Source: Candidatus Atribacteria bacterium
GTDB lineage: Bacteria > Atribacterota > Phoenicimicrobiia > Phoenicimicrobiales > Stramentimicrobiaceae
DNA: 59,753 bases
Reading direction: 5' to 3'
NCBI GenBank assembly: GCA_029556475.1
Contig: JAKQEP010000076.1
Span: 1-59,753 of the forward strand
Shown: positions 59,638 to 59,753 of the stretch, piece after piece
How the letters are laid out: each line of letters opens with the position of its first letter
Position numbering within the stretch: position 1 is the stretch's first letter
The notes under the pieces: model-generated
Database searches by the model: none
What the model was told of the DNA's origin: nothing
What the model saw: only the letters and a program-made list of their open reading frames with translations
Translations under genes and position numbers: made by a program

Positions 59638-59753
59638 TTTATATTCTTTAAAAAATATATTCTTTTAAGCTTGAAAATTAGTTGTGACACTATAACAAAA
59701 ATTGTACACTAATTCCAATTAATAAAGGTGAAGTTGTGAAGGAATTACACAAA

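Noticed and set aside
59684-59752. Rex boxes (TTGTGACACTATAACAA, TTGTGAAGGAATTACACAA)
   Set aside because: Lengths of 17 and 19 bp miss the 18-bp TTGTGAA-N4-TTCACAA geometry; window edge prevents context check
1-59753. CRISPR arrays, IS elements, riboswitches, selenoproteins or frameshifted genes
   Set aside because: No regular repeat-spacer array, transposase or recognisable riboswitch was seen, and the ORFs look full length; an Rfam scan would be needed to exclude riboswitches

Overview
Low-GC chromosomal core region of an anaerobic bacterium with Firmicute-like gene order; JS1/Atribacterota-like is a plausible but unverified guess. All ~57 credible CDSs and the 3 RNA genes lie on the minus strand, and no mobile element, phage or CRISPR is visible. 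In transcription order (right to left): (1) GntR-korDABC-ackA-nfnAB-gdh-(ATPase/Asp23)-mcm-meaB-mce-mmd, linking glutamate/2-oxoglutarate to propionate and Na+ pumping; (2) DUF5693-csaB-ftsEX-envC-ctpA-polysaccharide deacetylase; (3) gltX, tRNA-Gln(CTG), tRNA-Glu(CTC), sua5; (4) smpB, whose last codons and stop lie inside the tmRNA 5' end; (5) AI-2E-amidase-GerMN-tlyA-membrane nuclease-like gene-nadK-recN-sigma54 activator; (6) a sigma54-driven buk-ptb-buk-ATPase-vor operon; (7) a sigma70-driven ABC importer-M20 amidohydrolase-ThnT/NylC-like hydrolase (probable ACG start)-panE-panB unit without panC/panD; (8) nudF-endoQ and dnaG-rpoD. The best candidates for new biology are a putative anaerobic pantetheine/pantothenate catabolic route feeding VOR-Ptb-Buk, and the smpB/ssrA overlap, which predicts non-stop smpB mRNA and trans-translation feedback.
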